The notes below the pieces were generated by a model. It searched no databases and was not told the DNA's origin. It was given only the letters and a program-made list of their open reading frames with translations. From Raillietiella orientalis (lineage: Eukaryota): a stretch of 64,000 nucleotides of DNA. The stretch covers positions 124,001 through 188,000 of the forward strand of contig JAYWIR010000027.1 in NCBI GenBank assembly GCA_036172245.1. The letters are read 5' to 3'. The translations under genes were made by a program, and so were the position numbers. This document shows positions 50,701 through 63,300 of this stretch, in pieces. Every line of letters begins with the position of its first letter. The first letter of the stretch is position 1.

Positions 50701-53700
50701 TGAGCTCACGACGTCGCCGGGGGGGAGTGCCGGTCCCGCGGGCGCAACCCGGGAGCGCTCCGGGAGGAGGGAGAAAAAAGAGAGAGAGACTGCGACCTCT
50801 TCACGGGGCGGCCCAGGCCAACAGCTCCGGCGTTCTTCCTCGAGTCACGCCGTCACGGATGCACGTGGCGCAGCGAAGACGAGCGTCGGGATGGAAGGGC
50901 CACGCTCTCTCCGTGACCCTTCCCGCCGCCTACCCGCGCGAAAGAGCGCCTCGCGCTCTCCGCCGCATCCGACCCCCCCGTCGTCGGTCGGACGCGTGAC
51001 TCTCTCGAAGGCGCCAAGGGGTCGCGCGCCGGGGAGGGCTTGCGCGGGACGGCTTACCTCGGCGCTCGCCGCCCCTGACACCTGTCGGTCGCGTCGCGAA
51101 CCTCGTGGCTCCTGGGCGCAACCGCGCCGTCCCTCGCTCGAGCCAAGCACCGCTGGCCCTGGAAAGCGACCGGGTCGGGACGACATGCCGAAGCGCCCGC
51201 CCCAGCTCAACGAAACCCTTCGCCCGTCGGCAGGGACGCCGGCTGTCCCCTTCGCTGGCCGGAGGGAAGCGGCGGCCCCCGAGCGAAGACTCGGTGGTCT
51301 TTCCAGCAGCCCCTCCCTTCCTCTTTCTCCCCACACCGCCTCCTCTCCCCTCTCCGCGCCTCAACCCTCCCGTGCGGGAGGGGTCCAAGGCTAAGGGGAG
51401 AGGGGGGAATCCGTCCCGTGGCGAGTGCGCGGTCTGTGGGAAGCTCTCCCTCCCACGGAGGCCGTCCCTAAACGGGACCCAGAGAGGAACGCACAATGAG
51501 AAGCAAGAGAGAGTGCCCCCAGAACAGGGATGGCCGCCGCGCTGCGCACCAGGTTCGCGGAGGTCCTGCCGCTCCCGGTTCCGAGGGCAGGCGCGACCCC
51601 CGCACGCTGCCGTGAGGAAGAGGAAAAGAAAGATGGCGGTGGCCTTCCTCCTCCGTTGCGGGCCTCCCCAAGGGTGGGCCGGCGACTCTCACGCGCCGCC
51701 TGGCCCGCCCGCGGTGAGCATCCCTCCTGGGGAAAGGGAAGGAAGGAAGGAAGGTCCCCGCTTCCTGCTCCCCGCCCGAAGACCCCCTCGGGCGCGGGAA
51801 CGCTCCCGGATTCCTCCCTGGCCCCCGCTGCCGCGGCGGGGCGCGCGTCCTCCGAGTTTCCTCCGAGCGGGCGCGCGCCTCCCCCTCCTCCCCCCCTTTT
51901 CCGAAAAAGGGCCCGCCGGCTCATCCCTTTTTTACGACCGTGACGGAGGGAAGGGGGGGGGGATGCTAAGCCGAGGAAAACTGGCCTCCTCCTCCCCCCT
52001 CCCCTCTCCCTTTCTTCTTTCACGCATCTCCCCGATGGGGCGCCGTCCGGATTCTGGGGCTTTTCTTCGCGCCGGCGCGGGGACGAAATGAATCGATCCG
52101 CGCGGGGGCGGGGCCGGAAAGCCTTCCTCCCTTTTCTTCCTCCTTCCTTTCTTTCCTCTTCCCCGGAGCTTCTCAGTGCCCCCGCCCCGTCCCCATCGCG
52201 AGCCACGCGTGCTCGCGGGAAGTGCCGCGTTCGCACGGCCTCGAGGTCAGCCGCGGCCGCCCCCGCATAAATCATGGAATCAGCAGAGGGGTGGGCCGCG
52301 ACCACGTCCACGCGCACCCCCCCTCCGTCCCATCCCCGTGGGCGCGACGCTCCACCCCAGCTCAACGGACGGCGTCCCTCCTCTTCCTCCTCCTTCCCTC
52401 GCTCTGGCTCGCCCCGTCGCCCCTGTCCGAGGGTAGAGATCCGGCACTGTCGTCCCATCGTCCTCTCCAGGGAACGAAGATCCGGGAGGACCCGCAGGGA
52501 ATCGACTGGAACAAGCAGCAGGCGGCTCCGTCCCGCTCGTTCGTGTACACGGGAAGTGTACACGGACGCACGCGGGGCGCAAAAGGGGTGGCAGGACAGA
52601 GGACTTGCATCCCCGGGGCAAGTCCCCCGGTAGCAGCAGCCGTCACCGCGACTGCTTTTCGGCCTCCGAGTCATGTGGTTCCTCCTACAGCTGGTACGTG
52701 AGGGCCTCCGGGGGAGGAGACACTGGAAAACACATTCGAACACACGGAAGTGCAAGTCCCTGCGCACCTATGAGGACGCGCACAATTACATATGCGATTC
52801 TGGGAACCGACGAGCGTGCAAAAAACGGGGAACGTGTACACGTGCCTTCTTCGTACATGCGTGTGCGCGTTTCCGCAGATGGAAGGAAAGGAGGAAGGCA
52901 CCTCCTTCCCCTCCCCTTATCTGCCAGCCGTTGCATACCCGTTGGAAAGCAGGGGGCTCCTTTCAGGACGTGAGGGAGCTCAGCGCCTCCGTCCTCCCGA
53001 GGCGCGCAGCCGCCCCCTCCCAGAGAACGAGAAGATGAGCCGAGGAAGGAGGGGCGGACCCGGTGGCAGGCTTAGGGGGCATCTCCCGAGTATCACTTCC
53101 TCCGCGTCTCCGGGGGCGCCGTGTGAGAGGGCAACGCGCAGCGAGGGGCCGCGGAAGGACAGCTGGCGTCAAACCGCAACGGGTCTCCGTGCGGCGGCGT
53201 CGAAGACACTCTCTGGACGAGGGGAGGAGGGAGGAAAAAGGGCGGGGTTCCACCTGCCGGATTGCTGGATGCTGAGGAAGGCGATAGGTCAGGACCGCCG
53301 CGATCGGGAGACGCGCGTCCTTGCTCCCCCCCTACATCGCCGGGTAGCACCTCCTCCCTGACTCGCCCGGCGCGGTTCTCGAAGGTCCGGGGACGCTTCA
53401 GGGAAAAAAGTCGGTGGAGGAGGAGTCCGCCCTGTTCTATTTCGCTGCCTTCGCTCAGCGTGTCGCCTCCAAGTGTCCCTTCCGGCTCAAAAGCGCTTCG
53501 ACCTTCAGGAGGTCGCCGCCACCGGAACAGGAAGAATGTCGGCCCGTGTCCCCTTTTCTTCCCAAAGATCCCCGCCTCCTGCGCTTCCGGACCCCGGAGC
53601 GCGCCTCCTGAGCAGATGCGCGCCTTGAGCGCGCGCGCGCGCTCGAGCAGGCTTGCGTGTGCATCCGCGTGCGCCGATCGGCATGCAGTCACGTGACGTC

Positions 53701-54621
53701 CGGGGCGCTCTGGTGCTGGGGTCCGGGGACTCGGGGCGTGTCGTCGACTGCCCATCCTCGGATAAGAAGCGCCTTCCCCGGCTTCCTGCCGATCCTGTTT
53801 TCCTTGCACTCGGCCTTTCATCATCAGCGCGCGCGACCCACTCCCCGGGGAACGATCCCTCCTTCCCCTCCCCGTTCGGGTCGGCCTCGAAACTTTGCGC
53901 GTACTCCCCAGGATGCTTTCGCGAGCACGCGCGCAGCTGGTGGTTCCTCGTCTACGCCGACACCTCTTGGGCCATCGCATGGCCGTCGAGAAGGAAGGCG
54001 GTTGGTCGACACACGCAGGCATCTGCCTCTCCTGGAAATGCGCTCCCGAACGCAGAGGCTCCTGGCCGAAGGGGGGAGAAATTTTCGGCTGAAAGACAAA
54101 AAAAAAAAGCAAAAAAAAGTTCAACTGAAGATAGCAGCACGGGAATCCAGGCCAAGGCAGTAAAGGGAGAGTTTCGTTTTTCCCTTTCCCCTCATGAGAA
54201 GCGGCAAGGTGAGGCCTGTGGTGCTGGCGCAGCAAGAAATCGACTCCCAAGGCTGGCTTCCAAGGTTCCCTGCAGGCAGGGAACAGTCCCTCTCTGTTCC
54301 TGCACGGGTCCTGGCGCCGCCGCGCCTCTTCGAACCGCTCGCCGCTGAACAGCCTCCGCGCGCCCGTTCAGCGTAGAGGTGCGAGGACGCGCAGTGTGAC
54401 CCGCAGGTGCCCCAGCGATCCCTGCAACGGCAGCAGCGTTCGTTACCATGGCGCCGTCGTTTGAAAAGCGCGCCTCTTCATGACTCTATCGAAGAAACCT
54501 GCGAAGGTTCTTCCGGGAAACTCCTGCTTCTGCTGCCGGGATCGGAAAAGCTGAGGAGGCGAAAGCGAAATCTTCGGCGAAGCCCCTCGCGACATTCAGA
54601 CTGCACGTCCTTCTTTTTCAG

Positions 54622-54764
54622 GTGAAGAAGGATGGCAGGGCGCACGGACTTCTGTTTAAAGGGGACCGGATCGTGAAAATCAATGGCAGCGAGTGCCGGA
54701 GGCTGCAGGACGCTGTGTCTCTGACGGAATCTGCAGCGGACGCTATGCACCTACATCTTTTCAG
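54622..54764 (+). CDS. PDZ-domain protein, coding exon 2 (second half of the PDZ domain); gene continues downstream
   Basis: Strong acceptor TTCTTTTTCAG| and donor AG|GTAAGT flank VKKDGRAHGLLFKGDRIVKINGSECRRLQDAVSLTESAADAMHLHLFR, which has the GDxIxxING PDZ signature. Its phase-0 start joins exon 1 in frame to give a complete PDZ domain. Downstream exons were not identified. Confidence 0.85.
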
Positions 54765-56499
54765 GTAAGTCGACGCGTGAGAGGTTCCCGAGCGGGAACG
54801 GAAGGACCCGCTTGCGATGGAAGTCATCCCGAACTACCATCACGCGCTCCATAATGCGTACACTTTCCTTTTAGACCTTGGGTATCCCCCCCCCCTTTTC
54901 CTCCAACAGGGATGAGGCTTTTGTTCTTATCGAGATAATGAAGCGCTTTTGCTGCCGTCTCCTTCTCCTCCTCTCCCCCCCCCCCGTGTTTTCGAAGATA
55001 ATTTACGATTGTTTAAGTGAAATGCGATTTCCAGAAGTTCTTGAAATGCAAAATTGCATTCGACCGCCGTTTTGGTGCTTTACGAACGCTGCTGCAAAAC
55101 AGGCATAAAAATCAAGGTTTCCCCCCTCTTCGGTTCGGCAAGAGCAGTCCCTGCTTCTCGTGGACCAGCGCGCCTCTCGGGGGGGAGCCCAGGCAACGTA
55201 AACAGGAGATCTTGACGAGCGTCGTTCTTTTGGAGAACGCACGGCAGCGTCTTCCCCCTCGCTCCCGAATCCCGTTCGAAAACTTCGTGCGATCGGCTCC
55301 TGTCAAGGGAACGCGAGGAGGGTCCGTCCGGCGTCCGGCTGCACCCCTTCCCTCACGCCTATCGGGAACCGCGTGTGCTCCCCACCAGGCTGCTGGGGAT
55401 GCGCAACCGAACCTCTTCCCGCTCGCCCCGGTTCGCTGTCGCGGTTTCGCAGCGTTGCCGTGCGACGCACCCGGGCGCCTCCTTCCTTCTCGACGCGAGC
55501 GCGCACACGTTCGCTGCCCAACGTTATTTGCTTTTTTGTTTCTTTTCTCTCTCTCTTTCGGAGTGTGTGAATATTTCCCCTATGCTTCGCCGTTTGTTTT
55601 TCCTGTGTCTTACGTGAATTTTACGGTCGCATACGCTTTCTTTCGCTTTTTTCCTCCGTTCGTCTCGACGCTGCCTGCCTGGCTGCTGGCTGTCGGAGCA
55701 TGGGAACACTGGTGAGGAAGGAGGCTGCCGCCAGTGATTTGCGATTCCGCGCGACGCATATTTGTGTACCGAACGTTTCCTGGACGGAACAAAAGAATCC
55801 TTTAACCAACCGATCGAGGAAACATCGGCGTTTTCTCAAGGGAGGGAGGAAGAGAAGAAAGATGGATAGAAGGAAGAGAGAGAGAGAGAAGAAGAAGAAG
55901 AAAAAAAAAAAGGCCTCGGCGTCGAAATGGCAAATTCAAAACAGCGAAAACACATACAGAGATCGACGAATTCGGAGGGACGGTTGGTAATCACGACAAA
56001 CGCAAGCAACAGCGCTCGGCCCGTGGAGATCAAGGAGGACCGCTGCACGTCAGCAATACACGCTCTGTGCCAGCCCAGCGCTGCGCAGGAAGCGGGGATT
56101 CTGCGCCCGCATTTCGGACAGGAGGCCACACCGCACGAGTCTCCACGCACTCCCTCCAGAATAGTCAACGCACTGCGAACGTCTTTGCAGTTGCCGATGC
56201 ATCTGCAAGGTGGAGGGGAGGGATGAAAAGAATTCCGCGCTCTAGCCGAGAAATTTTTCGCTACGTTCTGCCGGATCCATCAGTCCTTCCCCCCCCCCCG
56301 AGATGCAAAGTTGTTGCTTTTTTCTTTTTCTGTAACATTTCGAGCAGCCGGAATCGGGGCTCTGCGTTCCTTTGACAACGATCCCTCTCCATCCATCTCC
56401 CTCTTTCGCCAGAGCTAGCCGTCGCTAATACCCGGAGCGTTCCCGAGGAAACGAGGAAAGTGAAAACATTTTCGTTCTTGTTTTATTTACCTCGTGACT

Positions 56500-56720
56500 C
56501 CGTTTGTTTGTTTGTTTTCATCAAAGAGGCACCATAGATTTCGTGTTGCTGTGCGGCAAATTGCTCCGGCGTCCCGCAGGAACAGGAAAATTCTCTTCCT
56601 CTGATGGATCTTTTCACCTTTCCTTCTGTCCTTTTATACAGCTCTCCCCTTACGTGCTCCCAGAGTTTTGCAAATAAAGTCTGGTTGCCTTGACTCTTCT
56701 TCCTGACTGCCAAACTGTAA
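56500..56720 (-). mobile_element. Possible decayed non-LTR retrotransposon knuckle fragment
   Basis: KLWEHVRGELYKR...FSCSCGTPEQ...QHEIY resembles LxGH..YLxR...CxCGxxE..H. Confidence 0.3.
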
Positions 56721-57649
56721 AGAGCCTCGCCGCCTCACATCGTCTTCGCTTCTTCGGAAGATCAGATTGCTCAACTGATACTCCTGTAGCTGCGAGTGCA
56801 GGGCTGCACACACGGATACGCAATCCACAGATTCCCGTTCCTACAGCCGAAGACAGCTGTGGGTGGGGGCGTGTTCTAGCCGACCGCCAACTCCATCTCG
56901 TGGAGAGTTTCCGCCGCACCCTCCCAGGGTTTCGACCACTTCTCACAGCATTTCCTCTGCTCTTCGGATTTTGGAAGCGGGGGAGAGGAAGGAAATGTGG
57001 TTTGACCATCCGGCTTTGCCGACCTTTTCTACCTTGCTTGCAGCGCCAAAGCAGGTTTGGTTTCCGTAGAGATATCTCTACGAGGGCGTGACGGACGGGA
57101 TGTCCTGGGAAGAAAAGCACTCATGCCGAGGGAAAGATGACTCATCGTCATGCGTGCAAACGTTCAATCCTTTCAGCTTTCTTCTTTCTCCCTCCTTCCT
57201 CCCCATCTTCCTCCGAGAGATAAAAAAGTCGCTTCCAACGCAGTGCAGCGAACCGACTGCCCTCGGACACGAACCGTCGTTCCCCTAGACGACCAGCTGC
57301 GAGAAAACTTCTCAGTTGCGAGCGGAGGAGATGAACTCACCTTCTCTTGGGAAGCCACCGAATAGTGGACGACTGAGCCCTCGTGTCTGGTCGAGAAAAA
57401 GAATTTGGCGAGCTGACACGACTGCTGAGACGGTACGGACATTCCGGAAACGGGAGGCGATGTCGAAATCCTTGTCTTCCACTCTCTCTCAGTCAGGAGA
57501 CTCTTTGTTTTGAGTGCGGACTTGGGCAGACGCACCCGGACTCCTCTGCCCGCGTCGACGCTCAAAACTCCCTTCTTCCACGCTCCTCTATCCCCTTCCC
57601 TCTATGCCTGGGCAAGCGGAGGAAAGTCCCGAAGAACGTCATCTCAATC

Positions 57650-58150
57650 CAGTGGACCGGAAAAACGCGCTAGTCTGAAGTGAATCAGATCTAAAGGTCT
57701 CATGCCTTCATAGGATACGAGCCTACAATGAGGCTCGGTAATACTCATGAAAACGAGGATGATCCACCTGTGTGCCACCCTTATTCCCTTTAGACTCCTC
57801 AAGAGACAGTCTCTGATGGATGAAGAGCCCAGTTCCTTCAGTACTTCTCTCGCAGTCCACTTCAGAGGCTTCGCGCAACTGTTCGTCTCGCACTGCGTTA
57901 CCAAGCAACGGGAAAGGCTGGACCAAAACAAGCCTACTCTTCCCAGAGCAGACTGCGGAGATCCCGTGCTCTTCTGCGCAAATTGAGAAACCATCATGAG
58001 ATTTCAGCTCGGAGTGCGGGTTCGAAGGAAAAAAAGCAAGAAAGCCCCTGCCACTGTTATCCTCGGGTTCTCCCACCACTTCTGTGAGAGCTGGATCGAC
58101 CGTGTCACGCTGCATCTTCCGGGCGAACGGTTGTCGTGGTAGCACCCTTT
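57650..58150 (-). mobile_element. Decayed non-LTR (R1-like) retrotransposon 3' fragment
   Basis: Across frameshifts: RSIQLSQKWWEN + SGRGFLAFFP (cf. WQxxWxxxxxGRxTxxxxP), then VSQF..EHG..SALGRVGL..SRC..CET (cf. TQFLxGHG..YLxRIG...C.C...ET). Confidence 0.5.
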
Positions 58151-60060
58151 CTCCTTTACCCCTATGAGGGCAGAGTTCATGCAGAAGGTCCATTTCCGCG
58201 GTTTAGAAGACCAGTCAGGTTTGAGACCGGTCGGAGAGCTGGTCTCCGGAGGAAAGGATGCAGAGGCACGGAACGGATGCATCCTTGCCACCTCCTCTTG
58301 CAGGGGAAAAAGAAAAGGAGAACCTGGAGAGACTAGGTTCTCCTTTTCTTTTTCCTCTTTCCTCTTCCCGTGTTCGCTCTTTCTCCAGTTGGTGCATCCC
58401 ACGTGGTGCACGAACTCCTTCCTTTCCCTTCCTCTTTTCCACGAGGAAGGAACCCTTTGGAAAGGTTTGAAGATACGCTTGAAACTTCTCCTTTTCCCTC
58501 CTCAGGCTGGTGAGTGCAGATCCCGGGAAGGAGCTCAGAGCGATGGCCGAAGAAATTGGAGGGTCGGCCGACTGGGAAACGATCTCCAGGTGTGTTGGAA
58601 ACCTTTAACATGGAGGCGATTGGTAGGATTCTCTCCGCACCGGGAGAAAGAGTAGGAGAAACTCCTTCCTGTTTGCTGCTGTATCTGAACCTCCGGATTC
58701 TTCCTTGGCGTTTCTACATCCCGCGGTAGCTTCTCAGGCATTAGCAGCTCCCATTCTGTTCTCCTGCACCGGAAGACGTGCACGCAAGCGTACGCTATTT
58801 CCGAGAGTTTGTTTCGTGGGCGAAGGAGGAAACCGCTAAAAGTCTTCTTCCTTTCCCTCCCGCACTACCCTTCAGTGCCCTGGAAGTTTTCCTGATTTCC
58901 AAATTGCGATTTCTGGGCGTGGATGTCCCTCCGGCAGCGAGCGCGTCTCACCCAACCGCCAAATTTCCGGCATTCTCAGGACTTCCGTCCCTCGGTCTCG
59001 CCGACGTTCGCTGGTTCCTTGTAGCAACGAAGAATCGCCCCTCCGGCAAGAAAGAGTGCGACGTGGTGAGAAGTGATCCTCCTTTCCATCCTCAATCTCT
59101 CCCTCTTTGAATGCGTTTTTTTTTTTTTGTTGTTGTGCCTCGCTTCTTTTTATCCCTTCTTAGAATATATTGAAACGTATTAAATGGAGCTGCCACTTCT
59201 CAATGCAAACGACACACCAAGCAGCCTTTCCGACCTCTCGTTTCGGGTTTCAGAAAGATCCCATTCCCTTTTAGTGAAGGAATTGTTAGCGATAAATAGG
59301 TAGATGGACAAGCAGATGAAAAGTGCTCCATGGATTCCCCAGAAACATGCAGCAGCGACACGCTAATGACCATCCGGGCACTTTTCAAAACTGGCCGGGA
59401 GAGCGAAAATAAAAGATCACAAGAAAGGGGTAACAGTTGATCGAAAAGCATCTCGAGAAGAATCATTCAATGCATTAAATGTTATTTACCATCACTGCTG
59501 GTTTCTTTTTTTTTTTTCTCCCCTATATTTCCGTTATTGGGACCAGCCCAAGTAACACGTAATGAGAAAACAAAGAGACAGGTGAGGAGGAGGTGGTGAT
59601 CATCGTTGAAAACCTCAAATTGTTCCTACGTCAATTACTTGAACGTTTTCAGCACTTTTATTTTTTTTTTTTTTCCCTCCGAAACATGATGGTGAATAAT
59701 CACGTCCAGGTTGCAATAATTAAAGCATCTTAAGATCGTCTGCACCGGATCCCGGTGGCAACCACGTAGGTGTTGATGACTATACAGGTCGGAAGCAGCC
59801 CTGCACTCACGGCATGGAAGCGCAAGCATCGCTCTTGCTGGCCCGAATTTCGCTTTTGTTCAGACTTGAGAAGTCGAAAAAATCCTCACTTCGCAGAGCA
59901 AAGAGTGCAGGTAACTTGGGAAATCGGGGATGGGGAGCGACAAAAACCAGACAGCCCAAAGGGGAGGAAGGAGTGGATGGAGGAAAGTATCTCGATTAAC
60001 CCCGTGATTAAGTGTTAGTTTCTAAAACTAGCGAAAGACATTTCAACCGGCCATTTCAAC

Positions 60061-60312
60061 ATCGAAAAAGGGCGCCGCCATCCTTCCCGAAATGACTCCC
60101 CGACCATTGTTGCGTCCTCCGCTTCTATCGAAAACGGGCGCCGTCCTTCCCGAAATAACTCCCCGACCATTGTTGCGTCCTCCGCTTCTATCGAAAACGG
60201 GCGCCGTCCTTCCCGAAATAACTCCCCGACCATTGTTGCGTCCTCCGCTTCTATCGAAAACGGGCGCCGTCCTTCCCGAAATGACTCCCCGACCATTGTT
60301 GCGTCCTCCGCT
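60061..60312. repeat. 63-bp minisatellite, 4 copies
   Basis: Unit ATCGAAAACGGGCGCCGTCCTTCCCGAAAT(A/G)ACTCCCCGACCATTGTTGCGTCCTCCGCTTCT starts at 60061 (66 bp, with a 3-nt insertion), 60127, 60190 and 60253. Confidence 0.97.
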
Positions 60313-63300
60313 CCTCCAGGTGGCAAACGGTGATTTGCTCTACAGGTAATTTTGTGTTATTTGGGAAAATCTGAAATGTGTCACGCTGGTCAGGTTGCGC
60401 AATCACTTCGTAATAACGAAGCTGATGAGCAAAGCGCGGCGTTAGGTCCGTGCGTGCCTCTTGTACCGCAGGCTCCCGTGGGATGTGGGAAGAAAACCGA
60501 TCGGCTGCAAATCATCGTGTTCAATCGAGCTGCTCGCGATGTCAAAGATGCTCTTTTGCCTGGAGACATGGGCTTCTCCGGAGACCTGAATTCGAGGATC
60601 AGGTGGCTCCGGATCCGATCAAGGGATGCCGAAAGTGCAGCAGGGGGAAACCTCCCCGCCGCAGCTTCCAAGAGCATGCAAACACGGCGGTGGAGCTTCG
60701 CGCTCGAGTTTTACGAGGCAGCGCGTTTCGGCCGAGGTGAATTTCAAAAGGAGCGGCGGTTCGCAAATGACCTGGTTCCGGTTGCACGTGATGCGCCATC
60801 AGAAATGGGAAGCTCGCAGGGATATCCTCGAAACGCGACAGCTTTTTCGAAAATGAAACGGGATCGCATTGGCTGATTCGAGATTTTATGGACTCCCTGG
60901 AAGAATTCCGTTTCTTTCGTTTCGCTCGCGGAGAGCGCCTTGGTTTTCCCGTGAGGTGAGTTGAGTGGACCTTTGTTTCCAGCAGGAAAGCATCGCCACC
61001 CCTCGTAACGGAAATCAAGGCGACTCCTTTTTTTTGTTGTTGTTTAATTTAAAGCTTCCACTTCCTTCTGCGTCGGAAGGACTGCACGGATACAACCCAC
61101 GAAGAGTTCAGGACAAATGAAAATTGAGCAATTACGTTCCCTACACGAGCGGGTTTTTTCCCAGAATACGAGGTCACCCTAAGGAGACAGCGTAGATGTT
61201 TTTCGCTTCCTTCCGTGTTCCCTAAAGTCGGGGAGAGTGACCGACGCATGCAGGGACGAGCGACAGAGATTCTTGCGCTTCCCTTGTAACCGGCGTGCTG
61301 GAGGCTGCAGTTGTACCCACGGCTTCTGTTTTCTGCGGCGCGAGACATTGGGATGGGAGCGCAGCCGAGGAGGTTCCCGAGAGAAGACGGCAGGAAGGCG
61401 GTTGGGCAGTCAGGATGAAGGAGGTTTCTGGAGAAAAAGAAAGCTTGACTGTAAGGACATAGAGGGAGAAGTGACACGAACGCATCTCCTGAGGGCACAG
61501 AGAGGGGGAGGGGGGCGACAATGGGAACGTACGTGCAGGTGCACCACCGTACAAGTGTACGCGTAGATAAGGAGGCTATCACTTGTGCGAGGGGAGACGG
61601 AGTACCAGCGTGCGACGATCGCGCGCTTTCCCGACGGTCGCTAGTTAATCCGGGGTTACCGGTAAAGGAGAGCGCCGGGCGCCGTGGACAGAGACCTGGC
61701 GCCACAGTCCAGGTGCACAGAGGACGCGATTCAGGAGGCCGCCACGAGAGCGCCGCCGACGCCGCCCCGTCCCTGACGCGACTTCGCGGGGAGGCAGCCG
61801 CCGGCAAACCTCGTCGTCTCCTCGGCAGCAGGGGCGACAGGCAGGGTGGACGGGGAAGGTTCTCTCGGACCTCGGAAGCAACGGAAGGCCCCACTTCGGT
61901 CAGAGACTCGCGGCGCTTTCTTTCCCAAAGTCCAGAAACTGATCTGCTGCTACAAACCACGCGGTTTCCACAATCGTGGACCGTGGACGGCCTTTGGGAG
62001 GGATTAAGACTCTTCCACCCTCCCTCCCTCCCTCCAAATTTGGATTCGTCCGTTCGTGTATGCGCCCACCTTCCTTCGCGGGCTTGCAACTGGAGATCGG
62101 CTGCGATTGTTCGCAGTCGAGCGGAGACCCTGCAGAAGCACCCTCACACGGATAAGTGGGGGGGAGAGGGCGACTCCTCCCTCCCCACATCCGCCGGTGA
62201 GAGTGCCGCACTCTTCTCGTTCCCGCGGGAACTTCAGGGAGACCGACCGCACTTCCTCAACGGGAGCCGGGGCTCCAGAGTGCGCGCGTCCAAGCCCCCG
62301 AGTGCGTGTCGAGCCTTCGTCCCGTCGGGCGGGGCGGCAAGCGGAGGAGAGGGTGCGTGGGCGGGTGAGAGAGAGAGGCGGAGACCGCCCTGGGAACAAG
62401 CCGCCCCGGCATGGCGAGGCGCCTGAGGGCTCCGTCCGCCGTCTACCCGGCGGGAGGAAGCGGATGTTTGCTGCGGCAGGGACGGGGCAGCCGCCCGCGA
62501 CGGCGGGCGGACGTGCCCGCGGTCGTCGTCTCGGGCCGCCGCCTCGCGTCCCGTTCGGGAAGGCGGGACCGAGCGCGCGAGAGTTCTCCCGCCATTCCCC
62601 GAGGAAGTTGCCACCCGGGAGGACGTTCCCACGGACTTCCCGGGAAGGAGGAGGGCAGGGGAGAGGAGGCCACCGCGCGGACCGGGCCAGGGGGAAGAAA
62701 CGGTTGCTCGCGTTCCCGGATCTTCCCAGTCCCTTGGCAACCATTTCCGGGGATGCGGCGGAAGCACCACGTGGAACGCCCTTGCAGGGAAGATTCCCCT
62801 GGTGGTGGTGGACCTCCCTCATGAGCGGGAGCAGCTCTACTTCTACGGCCTGCATGTCCAGCAGCCGGCGGCGGTCTTCTCCTCACCCCGCGGGTGCGGA
62901 AGGCCACCTCCCGTTTCCGCCCCCATCTTTCTGGTTGTGCCCCACCACACCTCTCACTTCCGCCTGCCCACCCTCCGAGGAGACCCTAGGCACCCGTCTC
63001 CCGGGCGTTGCCGTGCAGCCGCCTCCTCCTCTTCCGCCTCGTCCCCCTTCTCGCTTCCGCGTGCTAGACGGCCGCGGAGGATGGGGGGTCACGAAGGACC
63101 CACTCGTTGCTTGATCCCCCACGCAGCCCTACGGACGCTGTCCTTCCCTTTTCTCACGCGCGCCGAGCCCAGAACCGCACCGTTCCCTCGGCGCCTTCCT
63201 GGGAGCGGAGGAGGGCTCCTCCTTGACCTTTTCGGAGGCGGGAACGGGCAGAGGGAACCCCAGGCACTCCCCACGCGCGTCCGGAAAGAAGCCGCTCCCC

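Noticed and set aside
41042..54348. Many 200-460 aa ORFs inside the PDZ-gene intron
   Set aside because: R/P/G/S-rich, overlapping on both strands and without motifs; consistent with stop-codon scarcity in GC-rich DNA.
60061..60312. Regularly spaced repeats as a CRISPR array
   Set aside because: Units are head-to-tail with no unique spacers, the context is eukaryotic, and no cas genes are present.
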